Shown here piece after piece: positions 14,001 to 25,902 of a DNA stretch of 64,000 nucleotides. The translations under genes were made by a program, and so were the position numbers. Under the pieces are notes generated by a model that had not been told where the DNA came from, did no database searches, and saw only the letters and a program-made list of their open reading frames with translations. Where the stretch lies: contig CM082592.2 in assembly GCA_040954595.2 (NCBI GenBank), forward strand, positions 868,001-932,000, written 5' to 3'. Source of the DNA: Balanoglossus misakiensis. Lineage: Eukaryota; Animalia; Hemichordata. Each line of letters starts with the position of its first letter. Positions within the stretch are counted from its first letter, which is position 1.

Positions 14001-15548
14001 TCTATCCAGATGTTCCTCGAAGGTGCTCGAGAAAATAATAATATCATCAAGATAAACCAGGCAAATCTTGTAATTTAAATCTCCCAGACATTTCTCCATG
14101 ACACGTTGAAATGACGCAGGGCTAGTAGTCAGTCCCATAGGTAACTTCAGACATTCATACAGTCCAACGGGGGTAATAAACGCCGTCTTCTCCACATCTG
14201 TTTCATCCATCAAGATCTGCCAGTAACCCGATTTCAAATCGACTGTACTGAAAAGTGCTGCTCCTTTCAGGGCATCAAAACTTTCCTCTATACGAGGCAG
14301 TGCATAGGCATCTCTTATCGTCCGCGCGTTGAGTTTTCGGTAATCAATACACAGCCGCGTACTACCATCTTTTTTCCCAACTAGTACTATGGGCGCGGCC
14401 CAGGGGCTGTGTGACTCCCTTATCACTCCACTGTCAATCATGCCATCCAAAATATGTTTCAATTCCTGGTACCTTGCAGGTGGCACACGACGATGACGTT
14501 CACTGATAGGAGTCTCGTCAGTCAATCGAATACGGTGTTTCTCTATCCCACAAGTACCAAGATCGGTGTCGTTCTTGGAAAACACATCCTTCTGTTCGGT
14601 AAAACAGGCTTCCACTTGCTCCAACTGTCGAGTGGTTAAGTCTGCCTCGGTCAGATCAAAGACAACTCCATCCACTGATATTGTGCTTTTGGGTGTAGAC
14701 TGAATATCACTCATCTCGTGAGCCATAGCTGACATCTGTCCAGGTTTCTCTATCCATGTCACTGCTCTCGCTTCCCCAATAACATCTCCTGGTTTCACCA
14801 TAACTGTCTTGTCACTAGTGTTGCTAATACGGACCGGCACCTGCGATTTCCGTCGATAACATGTCATCACTCCAGTTGTAGCACTTGTAGCAATGTTGCA
14901 TGGAGTCTTGGCACTGGGTTCCACTGTAACAACATACTGGTCACGAGAAGTGCCACCACGAACGCGTCCCCACACCATCTGATCGCTGTCCGGCTTGACA
15001 GAGATAGGTGTTCTGCACATAGCTCTGACGTCTCCCAAAAATCCATCTCTTCCAACAAATCTTTCTCTCGCCAACAATGTATTACAAGTCTTCTTTCCAG
15101 TTACAGACATACGCATGGAACGAACTTTCTTCTGATTCCTTGTGAGACTACCACAATCTATATAGTAACACAAAAGATTGGTGCCTGCAGTGACTGGTAC
15201 ATCAGCGTTGTACTCGTTGTCTGCCGCAACTAATACCAATACGTTGTGTTCATCTTCAGATGCAAACAATGACACAGGGAAAGACATCTTCACTTCGATG
15301 TATCCTAAATATGGTAACTTCTCACCACCAGCACCGGTAACCACGAAAGAATCGGTCAATAGTCTCAAAGGCACATCGGTCAGATTCTTCCAATAATATT
15401 CGTACGAAACAGTCGTCACTTGTGATCCCGTATCAATCAGGCACGGACATCTCATCCCATTAATAAACACATGCTCTTCTGGCGTTGGTCCTACCAGTGC
15501 TTTTTCACAGTCTTCAATACTTTCTTTGGACTCATCTCCCCTTTTCCC
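11091..15548 (-). CDS. pol: Gypsy Pol polyprotein (aspartic protease, RT, RNase H, integrase), probably expressed by -1 frameshift
   Basis: ORF 11091-15623 is uninterrupted. Motifs: LIDTGS protease, YLDD RT, TDAS/TDNNPL/NADAD RNase H, H-x4-H...CxxC and D-D-E (MDY, HSDQG, CERFN) integrase. It ends in ~16-aa repeats and RRSTRDRKAPQRY. The start is placed at the slippery heptamer. Confidence 0.95.
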   Translation of the reverse strand, partial: GKRGDESKESIEDCEKALVGPTPEEHVFINGMRCPCLIDTGSQVTTVSYEYYWKNLTDVPLRLLTDSFVVTGAGGEKLPYLGYIEVKMSFPVSLFASEDEHNVLVLVAADNEYNADVPVTAGTNLLCYYIDCGSLTRNQKKVRSMRMSVTGKKTCNTLLARERFVGRDGFLGDVRAMCRTPISVKPDSDQMVWGRVRGGTSRDQYVVTVEPSAKTPCNIATSATTGVMTCYRRKSQVPVRISNTSDKTVMVKPGDVIGEARAVTWIEKPGQMSAMAHEMSDIQSTPKSTISVDGVVFDLTEADLTTRQLEQVEACFTEQKDVFSKNDTDLGTCGIEKHRIRLTDETPISERHRRVPPARYQELKHILDGMIDSGVIRESHSPWAAPIVLVGKKDGSTRLCIDYRKLNARTIRDAYALPRIEESFDALKGAALFSTVDLKSGYWQILMDETDVEKTAFITPVGLYECLKLPMGLTTSPASFQRVMEKCLGDLNYKICLVYLDDIIIFSSTFEEHLDRLRQVFQRLAANGLKLSPKKCAFFLKQVNYLGHVVSANGIQTDPAKTEPLKTWPVPTNAQEVKTFLGVTGYYRRYVEGYSKIAKPLNDLTVGLYQRKGRSGKMRLVREEDRPKFNWTEECQHAFETLIERLTHPPILAYPDYEKPFELHTDASLLGLGAALYQKEGSVKRVIAYASRRLSKSERHYPVHKLEFLALKWAVTDKFKDYLYGRKFLIVTDNNPLTYVMTSAKLDATGHRWLAALAQYDFELQYTPGSLNADADGLSRKPHQGYTTDTEGRPYWLDWLPPAERERMNIETVKAVTQSAQVQTLPAVEVLGAEPGVVTRVEDEIEKWSDQTALPSVTTADWIAAQKADPVVGRLYMYMVKNKRPTVTERSGESKLVQIGLKEWNRLRFRDGVLYRRRQDRHGDEYNQLVLPAIYRGTAMEALHDDMGHPGIERTTDLMKSRFYWPKMTMDIEVKVKNCERCTRRKMTPDGRAKVPLCNITTKRPLELVCMDYLTVEPCKGGYKDILIITDHFTRYAIAIPTKDQTAKTTADALMEHFLLHYGFPDRLHSDQGRNFESKVIQELCKKLGIQKSRTTPYHPQGNPQCERFNRTLMDMLGTLGEERKQDWKKYISPMVHAYNCTKGESTGYSPYYLMYGHHPRLPVDIYLGLQPTEDDDCDDYAHRLRERLKVAYELASKEAEKHQRANKRRYDVRAKESRLEPGDRVMVRNVGIRGKHKLADRWEKTAYIVVRQVNPDIPVYEVVRESGESQGSRTLHRNMLLPCSALPVPYPARPMRKQYDRKPQRDMRRTRHRPVTTSSSAGTDSSEDGLELVQWWKPASRERTIAEPPVRSSVRFNNKTVMEDAVGSTRPDDREMVDMMTNGGRESRKLRATATEFTPRMSESTDTAVIAMETDVASPAQMTETVAMGTEALSPTQMTETVAMETEGASPVQIAETVTMETEVETQTVRRSTRDRKAPQRYGF

Positions 15549-17110
15549 GACACTGCTGTTTCTGTTCGCTGACAAGACAAGACGGTAGGGCAGATGCGTT
15601 GGATGTGTCCTATTCCTCCACACCTAAAGCAAACTACCACTCGGTCAAACCCGGCCCTCACTCCCTGATTGGTGTACGGTTGGCGGGAATTACTAGTCAT
15701 CTCTCTCTTTTCATCCTTCGGTTTTGGACATATTCGTGCGATGTGTCCTTCTTCCGCACAGTTGAAACATCTCAGTGGCTTCCTTGACTTCACTGGATTC
15801 GCATTTGGCACATTGACAGGACACTGTCTTGAAAAATGACCCATACCACCACACGTGTAACACATACCAGGCGACGAGCTGGCAGCTGGTTTGGTTGCTC
15901 CCGGTGTTTTCTTTTATAATTTCTTCTGTCTTTCTTCTAACGACTCAATCTTCTCCTTCATCGCTGACAACATAAGGGTATTTTCTTGAAGGACTTTGGT
16001 CATCATAGCGATTTCATTCGCACCAAGATTTTTTTGTTGGCTCATAGACTCCCTCTTCAAACTATCATCCCCGGCGGCCACCTGACGGGTCTTCGCACTC
16101 GGTTTCCGTACTTGAGGAGACTTCAAAGCTTCACGCTCCAGGACCTCTTGCTCCGCATTCCGTACTACACGCAACAGATCATCATAGGTTTTGGCCACCC
16201 GGTATCCATGGCGTGCTATTTCCCTCACCTGGTCATCGCTGATATTTCGCCAGAATACAGTTTTCAAAGTCTGGTCTTTCTCACGGAGTGGCAGTCCACC
16301 TCTTTTACACACCATATCCAAATCCAATTCAAGGCGCGTCCCAAAGTCTGACATCGATTCCCCGGGTTTTTGTTTACTGGAGCTGTAAAACCTGGCCAGC
16401 AAATCATCCCCGGATTCAACTTCTCCAAAGCGACCTTCTAACTTGTTCACTATCTCTTCTACAGTGGTGTCGAACCCCATTCCCATAACCAATAGAGTGG
16501 CCCGCCCTCGAAGTGATTCCCTCACAGCTTGCAACACCATGGCTGGGGAATGTGCACGACTCTGTTGAAACCACAAAACTTCTTGTTTCCAGATTTCAAA
16601 CTCAGCATCCCCTTTGCGAGATGGGTCACCAGAGAAGGTTGGTAATTTCGATCTCTGGGTCAAATATACCGCATGTCCAGCATCCATAGTCGTCTCCATA
16701 CCACGTGGTGACTTTTCATGACCCCGTCTTGGTGCCATACCTCTTCTATTCTCATCTGTCCATTCTCTTCCCAAAGATCGTCTATTTCTTTCTTTCTGCA
16801 ACTCTCTGTCTAATAATCTTGCTTCTTCATCTATCCATTGCACCTCTTCACTCAACAATCTCTCTTTGTCCCGTCTTTCCTCCTCGTCTATCATTCTCTT
16901 CGCAGTTCTTTCAATCCGTCTCTCCAATGACCGACGTCTCATTAACTCTAATGTTCTCCTTTCTTCTGTTTCAGGTGTACGAAGACCATCCTCCTGTACT
17001 TGTAAGACAGGCATTTCTTCAGGAGTACCAACCTGTAAGGGCTGGGGTTCTTCATCAGAAGTGATCCCAAAGTCAATTCCACCAGTAGCCATATCATCAG
17101 ACAACTCCAA
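15491..17110 (-). pseudogene. gag: Gypsy Gag (PNMA-like capsid + three CCHC knuckles), split by an in-frame TAA at 15914-15916
   Basis: The 398-aa ORF (KLPTFSGD...FEIWK...VRESLRGRA) and the 124-aa knuckle ORF (CYTCGGMGHFSRQC, CFNCAEEGHIARIC, CFRCGGIGHIQRIC) are in the same frame. They are separated by one TAA and 16 sense codons. Confidence 0.88.
15542..15548 (-). promoter_or_regulatory. Putative -1 ribosomal frameshift site G GGA AAA between gag and pol
   Basis: The gag frame reads TCG GGA AAA GGG. The -1 frame reads GTC GGG AAA AGG GGA GAT (VGKRGD), which is the pol frame. This fits the X XXY YYZ pattern, just after the last knuckle and before the protease. Confidence 0.7.
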
Positions 17111-17471
17111 TAATCCACTTGTAATAATAAAGGTCTAAGTTCACCCCTGTCTCTGTCTGTTCCTGTATCACGTATCTGTGTAATTCACAATGAACAGGGA
17201 TACTGCGAGTCAAATGTGCAATATTCTATACACCTGACAAGGAATAAAAAAATGTTAAACATGGTCACATAGTCTCCAGATAACAAAAGGAAAACAGTTT
17301 ACAGCTCTCAAAAAATATGAGAAACAAGAAAACAAAATTGGCTGGCCCTATACAATAGGAAGCCCTACAACTGTTTTGATCACAACAGCAAGCAACTTCA
17401 GTCAGCTAACGCCTCAAAATTCATACTAGAAATGTTAAAGTGTTAAAGTGAGGCTGTTACCCACAATACTC

Positions 17472-18081
17472 TGTTTCTGCTCTAGTGCCGGGGCTTTAGC
17501 CAAGCCATGCCGTAGGAAATCTGACTTGATCAACGTTGCTAACGAACGCTAGTGTCTGTCATAGTGTGCCGGGGTTTTAGTCGAGCCAAGCCGTAGGAGA
17601 TCAGACTTGATCAACGTGGTCTCTGTACGCGTGTTTCTGCTCTAGAGTGCCGGGGCTTCAGCTGAGCCAGGCCGTAGGAAACCCGACGTGATTACCGTTG
17701 TTAACTTACGCCAGTCTGTGTCCTATATATAGTGCCGGGGCATCAGCCGTGCCAGGCCGAAGGAAATGTGAGTAGATCAACGTGGTCTCTGTACGCGTGT
17801 TTCTGCTCTAGAGTGCCAGGGCTTTAGCCAAGCCATGCCGTAGGAAATCTCACTTGATCACCGTTGCTAACGTACGCTAGTGTCTGTCATATTGTGACGG
17901 AGATTTAGCCGAGCCAGGCCGTAGAAAAATCGACTTGTTCAACGTTTCCAGTGTGCAACTGTTTCTGCTCTAGAGTGTCAGGGTTTTAGCCGACTTATGC
18001 TGTAGGAAATCTGAGTTGATGAACGGGAAGTCAATGTTAGGAAACCCGTGTGGAAAGTATCTCTACCCGTTTGAAACTAAG
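17472..18081. repeat. 610-bp satellite block inside the Gypsy element, a copy of the left flank 9018-9627
   Basis: It has the same 8454-bp offset as the LTR pair, shares the GCTCTAGTGCC 2-bp deletion variant, and ends in the same TAAG before the LTR. Confidence 0.93.
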
Positions 18082-19465
18082 TGTAACCTCACTCGCAATT
18101 ACATATAATACAAAAAGGGCCCTGGTGGCATTGCGGCACCTTCGCTCCACACTACTCAATCAGATGCAACAAGAAACAATTTTCTCTCTCCGATAAGTTC
18201 AAATATAAAAGAAAAAACTTGACAGCACTCAATCTCTGAATGGCGGTCTCTATCACTGAACAACAAAAAAATCAAGCAATTCCATACTGATCACACTAGT
18301 GCACCTGTTTACAACAGGGGGTGCACTGTAAAAAGAAAATGAAATGTTAATCTGTATCACTGATAATACAAGAAGAATAAAGTTCACTCTCAATGTACGT
18401 AGCTGTATAAATCAATGTACTCAGCAGTGGAAATCAGCGTATTCCGCTGTATAAATCAATGTACTCAGCAGTGTGAATCAGCGTATTCCGCTGTATAAAT
18501 CAATGTACTCAGCAGTGTGAATCAGCGTATTCCGCTGTATAAATCAATGTACTCGGCAGTAAAAATCAGTGTACTCCGCTGTATAAATCAATGTACTCGG
18601 CAGTAGAAATCAGTTCACTTTTCCCACAATAGTTCGAAAAAATAAAAGTTCACTGTTCACACAATAGTTCAAAAGAAAATAACAGTTCACTATCAATGTA
18701 CTCAGCTGTATGACTCAGTTTGCTGTCCCCGTAAACAGTTCTGGCGCTGAATCCAACTTCAACTGGCACAATCCGCTGGTACATGGCAAACCACGGCGAA
18801 TCCCTCAGAACGTCTGCAAACTGCTACACCCGAAGCCGGCGAATCCCTCGGAACGGCAGCAAACCGCAAACTGTTGCACAGAAAATCGGCGAATCCCTCA
18901 GAAAGGCAGCAAACAGCGACTGTAGCACACAAGCGGCTCGGTGTATCAAAACTGATGGGTCCGCTATCAATACATGTACTTATCTCTCTCCGTCTCTAGC
19001 TCGCTCGCATCACACGCCAGCACGACTCATGGGGGCAGCCATCTTGGAAAGTTTTGTTTAGAACTGCATACGTGGCCGAATCTCCGACTCAACTTCGGCC
19101 CTACTCGGCTCGTCAAGCACTCACCGTCTAGCTGGAACTTCTTGGCCAATTCAAAAAATATAGTTTCTTTTCAAACCACGTCTCGCTCTTCCGAATTCAG
19201 TGTCACTGTTGGCACTCCGTCCGCCTGTATCAGAGACCTGCACGCCTCAATACATGACTTCTGGCTGAAACCTGGGCTGCAATTTCAGACGAAAATCTCC
19301 CAGCAATTTCTGGACGACCAGCTCACGCGTACTCAAATTTTCCACACTCCCTTCCAAAAAAAAAAACCCCAACAACTCCCCGGATGAACCGCTGTACCGG
19401 CTGAGGGCGCTGCTGTCACCTTTCCCGTAAAGTACCCGGATGCTACTCAGTAACCATGGGTTACA
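18082..19465 (-). repeat. 5' LTR of the Gypsy element, flanked on both sides by TAAG like a solo LTR
   Basis: 1384 bp with TGTAACC...GGTTACA ends. About 5 differences from the other LTR were seen by eye. Confidence 0.95.
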
Positions 19466-22400
19466 TAAGAAAAGAATTTATTCTTATTTATTTTGTAAAA
19501 AAGACAATTTTTCGAAAAAAAGTCGAAAATGGTAATTTTGTCTTGGGTGATTCAAATTATACCGCCTTTTCTGGAATTTGCAGCACTTTTTACAAGAGAA
19601 CGACACTTCATGCTCCATAATATTTCCGAAAATGAAGAAAAGAGTTAATTTTTTATGATTTTTTAAAAATTTACCATTTTTGTCAAAATATGGCCAAAAT
19701 GGCTATTTTTTCTTGAATTCCGTCAATATCTCTGCATTTTTGGAGTGGTCGAAAGTTTTAACATACAATCAACATGTCATTTTTGATCAGGGCACCAAAT
19801 TCGAAGAACAAAGGTTTTTTTATTTGTTTTTCTAAAAATGACATTTTCAAGGAAAATTTGGTAAAACGCAATTTTGTCTGCAGTGAGCCAAATTAGACGG
19901 TCTTTTGTGGAATTTGTATCGATATATACATACGAAGAGCATTCTATACTCCATCAGATTTCCGAAAATGTAGAAAACAGGTATTTTTTATAATTTTCAA
20001 AAATTTACCATTTTGACCAAATTGTGGCTAAAATTGTTATTTTCGTGTTGAATGCCGCCAGTGTCACTGCTTTTAAAAGTCATAAAAACTTTTAACATAC
20101 AAGCAATTGTTTATATATGATCAGGTCACCGAATTAAAAAAATAAAGAATGTTTTGCCTAAAAATGACCTTTTTGGTGCAAAAACGTATAAAACGCAATT
20201 TTGTATTAAATCAGCTCATTCAGAGTGCATTTTTTATAATCAGCACCATTTTTACATATAATGGAAATTTCCTACATCATCAGATATCCAAATATGAAAA
20301 AATGATTTAGATTTTAGATGATTGTCCAAAATTAGCTGATATCTAATAAATGTAGTATTGAACCGTTCCGTCCCCCCCCCCCCTTACATTATATGCGGTA
20401 CGCCGATGTCAGCTTATCCGGCAGTACTGCAGGCCGTGCCCCCAACTAACATCGGTGTTGGAAACGCCCTGGTTAAATTCGGGCTTCCTCTATAAATTGA
20501 CAGGCAATAATGTAGTCCTACCCGAACAAATGTCGAGTGTTGACCCGCTGTGACTTTCCCTCTTCGGTTTGCCCGACTTAGCCAACGTCTTTGTACTAGA
20601 GTGTCGGGTCTTTTGCAGAGCCAGGCCGAAGGAAATCCGACTTGATCACCGTTGCTAACGAACGCTAGTGTCTGTCATGGTGTGCCGGGGTTTTAGTCGA
20701 GCCAGGCCGTAGGAGATCTGACTTGATCATCGTGGTCAATGTACGCGTGTTTCCGCTCTAAAGTGCCGGGGCTTCAGCTAAACCAGGCCGTAGGAAATCC
20801 GACGTAATCACCGTTGATAACTTACGCCAGTCTGTGTCATATAGAGCCGGTGCACCAGCCGAGTCACGCCGTAGGAAATCTGACTTGATCAACGTGGTCA
20901 ATGTACGCCTGTTTCTGCTCTAGAGCGCCGGGGCTTCAGCTGAGCCAGGCCGTAGGAAACCCGACGTGATTACCGTTGTTAACTTACGCCAGTCTGTGTC
21001 CTATATATAGTGCCGGGGCATCAGCCGTGCCAGGCCGAAGGAAATGTGAGTAGATCAACGTGGTTTTTGTACGCGTGTTTCTGCTCTAGAGTGCCAGGGC
21101 TTTAGCCAAGCCATGCCGTAAGAAAATCTGACTTGATCAACGTTGCTAACGAACGCTAGTGTCTGTCATAGTGTGCCGGGGTTTTAGTCGAGCCAAGCCG
21201 TAGGAGATCAGACTTGATCAACGTGGTCTCTGTACGCGTGTTTCTGCTCTAGAGTGCCGGGGCTTCAGCTGAGCCAGGCCGTAGGAAACCCGACGTGATT
21301 ACCGTTGTTAACTTACGCCAGTCTGTGTCCTATATATAGTGCCGGGGCATCAGCCGTGCCAGGCCGAAGGAAATGTGAGTAGATCAACGTGGTCTCTGTA
21401 CGCGTGTTTCTGCTCTAGAGTGCCAGGGCTTTAGCCAAGCCATGCCGTAGGAAATCTCACTTGATCACCGTTGCTAACGTACGCTAGTGTCTGTCATATT
21501 ATGACGGAGATTTAGCCGAGCCAGGCCGTAGAAAAATCGACTTGTTCAACGTTTCCAGTGTGCAACTGTTTCTGCTCTAGAGTGTCAGGATTTTAGCCGA
21601 CTTATGCTGTAGGAAATCTGAGTTGATGAACGGGAAGTCAATGTTAGGAAACCCGTGTGGAAAGTATCTCTACCCGTTTGAAACTAAGAAAAGAATTTAT
21701 TCTTATTTATTTTGTAAAAAAGACAATTTTTCGAAAAAAAGTCGAAAATGGTAATTTTGTCTTGGGTGATTCAAATTATACCGCCTTTTCTGGAATTTGC
21801 AGCACTTTTTACAAGAGAACGACACTTCATGCTCCATAATATTTCCGAAAATGAAGAAAAGAGTTAATTTTTTATGATTTTTTAAAAATTTACCATTTTT
21901 GTCAAAATATGGCCAAAATGGCTATTTTTTCTTGAATTCCGTCAATATCTCTGCGTTTTTGGAGTGGTCGAAAGTTTTAACATACAATCAACATGTCATT
22001 TTTGATCAGGGCACCAAATTCGAAGAACAAAGGTTTTTTTATTTGTTTTTCTAAAAATGACATTTTCAAGGAAAATTTGGTAAAACGCAATTTTGTCTGC
22101 AGTGAGCCAAATTAGACGGTCTTTTGTGGAATTTGTATCGATATATACATACGAAGAGCATTCTATACTCCATCAGATTTCCGAAAATGTAGAAAACAGG
22201 TATTTTTTATAATTTTCAAAAATTTACCATTTTGACCAAATTGTGGCTAAAATTGTTATTTTCGTGTTGAATGCCGCCAGTGTCACTGCTTTTAAAAGTC
22301 ATAAAAACTTTTAACATACAAGCAATTGTTTATATATGATCAGGTCACCGAATTAAAAAAATAAAGAATGTTTTGCCTAAAAATGACCTTTTTGGTGCAA

Positions 22401-22896
22401 AAACGAATAAAACGCAATTTTGTATTAAATCAGCTCATTCAGAGTGCATTTTTTATAATCAGCACCATTTTTACATATAATGGAAATTTCCTACATCATC
22501 AGATATCCAAATATGAAAAAATGATTTAGATTTTAGATGATTGTCCAAAATTAGCTGATATCTAATAAATGTAGTATTGAACCGTTCCGTCCCCCCCCCC
22601 CCCCTTACATTATATGCGGTACGCCGATGTCAGCTTACCCGGCAGTACTGCAGGCCGTGCCCCCAACTAACATCGGTGTTGGAAACGCCCTGGTTAAATT
22701 CGGGCTTCCTCTATAAATTGACAGGCAATAATGCAGTCCTACCCGAACAAATGTCGAGTGTTGACCCGCTGTGACTTTCCCTCTTCGCTTTGCCCGACTT
22801 AGCCAACGTCTTTGTACTAGAGTGTCGGGTCTTTTGCAGAGCCAGGCCGAAGGAAATCCGACTTGATCACCGTTGCTAACGAACGCTAGTGTCTGT
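19466..22896. repeat. Composite satellite array, segment 2
   Basis: It resumes in register after the LTR. Landmarks at ~20352 and ~22571 give a 2219-bp monomer with two extra 81-bp subunits. Confidence 0.97.
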
Positions 22897-23145
22897 TATG
22901 GAAAGCCGTTGGGGACCCCCGACAACTTCTCTCAATACATGTGTAAAGTCCATAGACAAATGATAGGAACGCATATGCTGAAAATATGACGCACATTGGG
23001 TGCCGACGCCGTAATCTAAAATGCCGGTAACAACCATATTTTTGCCGACACCTTTACTCAATCTACCGGCGCCGACAAAATCACAACCGGTGATTTGATG
23101 AGTTCTCGCATCGGCGTTTCTACAGAGTTGTCGCATCGGCGTTTC
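22897..23145 (+). repeat. Left terminal inverted repeat (249 bp)
   Basis: Reverse complement of 45063-45311; two mismatches seen by eye. Confidence 0.95.
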
Positions 23146-23436
23146 TGGAGAGTTGTCGCATCGGCGTTTCAGCTAGAGAGTTGTCGCATCGGCGTTTCTG
23201 GAGAGTTTTGTCGCATCCGCGTTTCTGGAGAGTTTTGTCGTACCGGCATTTCTACACATGCGCATCGGCGTTTCAGCTATAGTTTTCTCGCATCGGCGTT
23301 TCTGGAGAGTTTTGTCGCACCGGCATTCTACACATGCGCATTGGCGTTTCAGCTAAAGAGTTTTCCCGCATCGGCGTTTCTGGAGAGTTTTGTCGCACCG
23401 GCATTCTACACATGCGCATTGGCGTTTCAGCTAAAG
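23106..23436 (+). repeat. Left subterminal repeats (GCATCGGCGTTTC cores in 21-27-bp and 78-bp units)
   Basis: Repeated TCGCATCGGCGTTTC(TGGAGAG/AGCTA), inverted relative to the array at 44646-45100. Confidence 0.9.
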
Positions 23437-23687
23437 ATTTGTCGGCGATTTTGGACAGCGGCTTTTTCTTCTCGGTCTCCTCTTTAGTTAAGGTTTTGTA
23501 GTCAAATAGTAAATCACAAGGCAAAATCTCGAGATGCTGAACTGCTGCTAGGTCTCCCATGCATTTGTTAGAACACTGAGCTAAAAGTCTTTCAACGTTA
23601 TAGGCTTAGATATTTTAAATAAATTATTGTTATTAGCAAATTATAATTTTTACGTTTGTTATCATGTGGTCAACCGATGTTCGTACA

Positions 23688-23698
23688 GAGCATGCGCA
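23688..23698 (+). promoter_or_regulatory. NRF1-like promoter motif GAGCATGCGCA upstream of transposase exon 1
   Basis: It resembles the NRF1 consensus GCGCATGCGC and lies ~60 bp before the first GTAAGT donor (23757). The same 11-mer occurs inverted at 44622-44632. Confidence 0.45.
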
Positions 23699-25723
23699 TA
23701 AGATCAACATGCTACTCCAAGGCAACTGTTGCTGATGAGAATTATGGCTACTCTAGGTAAGTTTCATTATGAATTTTATGACGTTACTTTACATGTTCTT
23801 TCTAAACATTGAAAGAAGGAAAGGCATTGATCAGATTTGAAGCTTTACTGTGTCTTAAGATTTCAACTATAGCCTGGTATCCATACCTAGTGTGCGAGTC
23901 TATCTATAAAACACACTGGGTATGGAGACCAGGCTAGCAACTATTATGTTCTCAGTTTATTTCAGTTTCTTGTTCAGCATTTAAACATGATGAAATTCTC
24001 AGCTTTTAAAATTCAGCAATAATCAGATTAATTTTGTTGAAATTGAATTCCCATTTATTTCCCACTCAGTGTTAGATTGCTACAATGAATTATTATTATG
24101 TTGGTGAAGTCTGGCAAATTAACTGTTTACTGGCACTTAGCTATGCAAACTAGCATTAGAATGAATTGGGAAATACCACAATAACTGGCCAATTCTTATG
24201 AAACAACAGCATTTACATGGATATATGAAACCACTATTTAATGCTTAGATAAAAAACAGAATGGTTCCTTGATGGGGTTGGCTCTTCAAAGCTGTAGAAT
24301 AGGGGTACATGTACACCTAAAACCTGAAACCAAAATACTGCATTTAATGCAAACAGATAGATAATTTCCTTTTATGTTAGATTGCCAATTTTACACAAGT
24401 CACTTGTGAATATTATTTTCTTACAGAGCAAAGGGAACTCATTAAGAAGTATTTCTCGTATGGTTATACACACAAATTAATTTATTATGTAATGGTAAAA
24501 TAACATGGATTCCGTTTGAGGTAAACAGCATTAAAAACATAATAACTTTACTTTTGAGTGGTAAACTTACATTATTTTATTATCTGTTACTTGGAAATTG
24601 TGTAATGACCAGTCTCTTCCTTTTATGTTATCCCTTTAGTGTACAACTCACTCTCACTTTATTTTGACTCTGTAGGTTTTCATACTTCAAGCGCAAATTC
24701 CTCCATCACCTTGGACTCTATCGAAAAGGGAGAAGAGCACAGTCATCTTTTGATGACATTGTTTCTGCTGTGCTTGTATGTTAAGCTCTTTACCCTAACC
24801 TACATTTAATTAGTGACACCACTTCCCAAGTCTGACTTAATTGCACACATTCAGTATAACAAATTAAAATCAAATTCTGAACATCTTGCAGAAGAACTCC
24901 ATTTTCCTGGTCACCCTTTTGTCATTTGGGCAGATATGCGAGGGACATTGTTGCTAGGAAATTAATTCATTTATGTCAGTTGTTTGTGTTCTACCACTTG
25001 CATGGATTAGAAGCAATTTCAAAAGTATTCGATTTATGTCACATTTTATTAACTATTTTTTTCAACTGTGAATGTCAGCTATTCTAATATTGAATGTGTT
25101 CATTCATTTGTTCACACATCTATCAATCTATCCAACCATCCTTTCCTTTATTCATTTACAGACAGAACTGAATACAGGGTCTGGCTGCATTGTTGGAGCC
25201 AATGAAATGCTAGCTATCCTGAGAACTAAGCACCAATTGATGGTTAAAAGGTAAAAAAAAATTTGTGTAATACTGGAATGATAAAAACAATAATGCAAAC
25301 ATAAGTGTTCATTGATATCATCAACAAGGGTCTTTTATTTGAAATGGCTGATTGATGTAAGGGAAATGCTATTTGAATAAGCTCCCTTGGCAAGAAAATA
25401 ACAGGTGATGGACTTGTTTCCTAATTCTCCCTGCTAATCTAAAGTTGAAGTGCAAATGTCAAATCTATTTCACTCATTGAATAAAAACTTTGGCCCAGAT
25501 TTATTACAAATCTCATTTCAATTAAATTGCAGATTATTCTTATTTTATTAAAATATGTAATAAATAGATTTCTTTTTTTGTAGGGAGACTGTACGAAAAC
25601 TTCTTAGGATCCTGGATCCAATAAACGTTCAACGACGCCTGCATCGCCGGTTAATACGGCGTGAGTACAGATGTAAAGGACCAAATTATGTATGGCACAT
25701 TGGTAAGCAAATTAACTGATTGT

Positions 25724-25890
25724 ACAGTCTGAACCTGTCTAAACCGGACCTTCTGAACATGGACACCTGTCTTTACCAAACAAATTTTTCAGTCCCTTTG
25801 ACACAGAACCACAAGTTAAAATAAACTCTATGAACTAATTACCTTTGCAAACAAAACAGTTCTTCGGTCCCTTTGTTGTCCACTAAGATA
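25724..25890. mobile_element. Degenerate pogo/Tigger-like MITE in transposase intron 5
   Basis: It begins TA|CAGTCTGAACCTGTCTAA and is internally similar to 30995-31156 (GTCCCTTTGACA..GAACCACA.GTTAAAA). The right end is interrupted by the foldback element. Confidence 0.55.
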
Positions 25891-25902
25891 TATATATATA
25901 TA

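Larger units (their letters stand above)
9628..19465 (-). mobile_element. Ty3/Gypsy LTR retrotransposon, rearranged in its 5' leader
   Basis: Two 1384-bp near-identical LTRs with TGTAACC...GGTTACA ends. TAAG is duplicated at 9624-9627 and 19466-19469, where the empty satellite site reads GAAACTAAGAAAAG. Gag and PR-RT-RH-IN pol lie on the minus strand. Confidence 0.97.

Noticed and set aside
23095-23560. Repetitive ORFs in the subterminal arrays (also 44491-45338)
   Set aside because: They are open on both strands because the 78-bp unit lacks stops in several frames; not genes.
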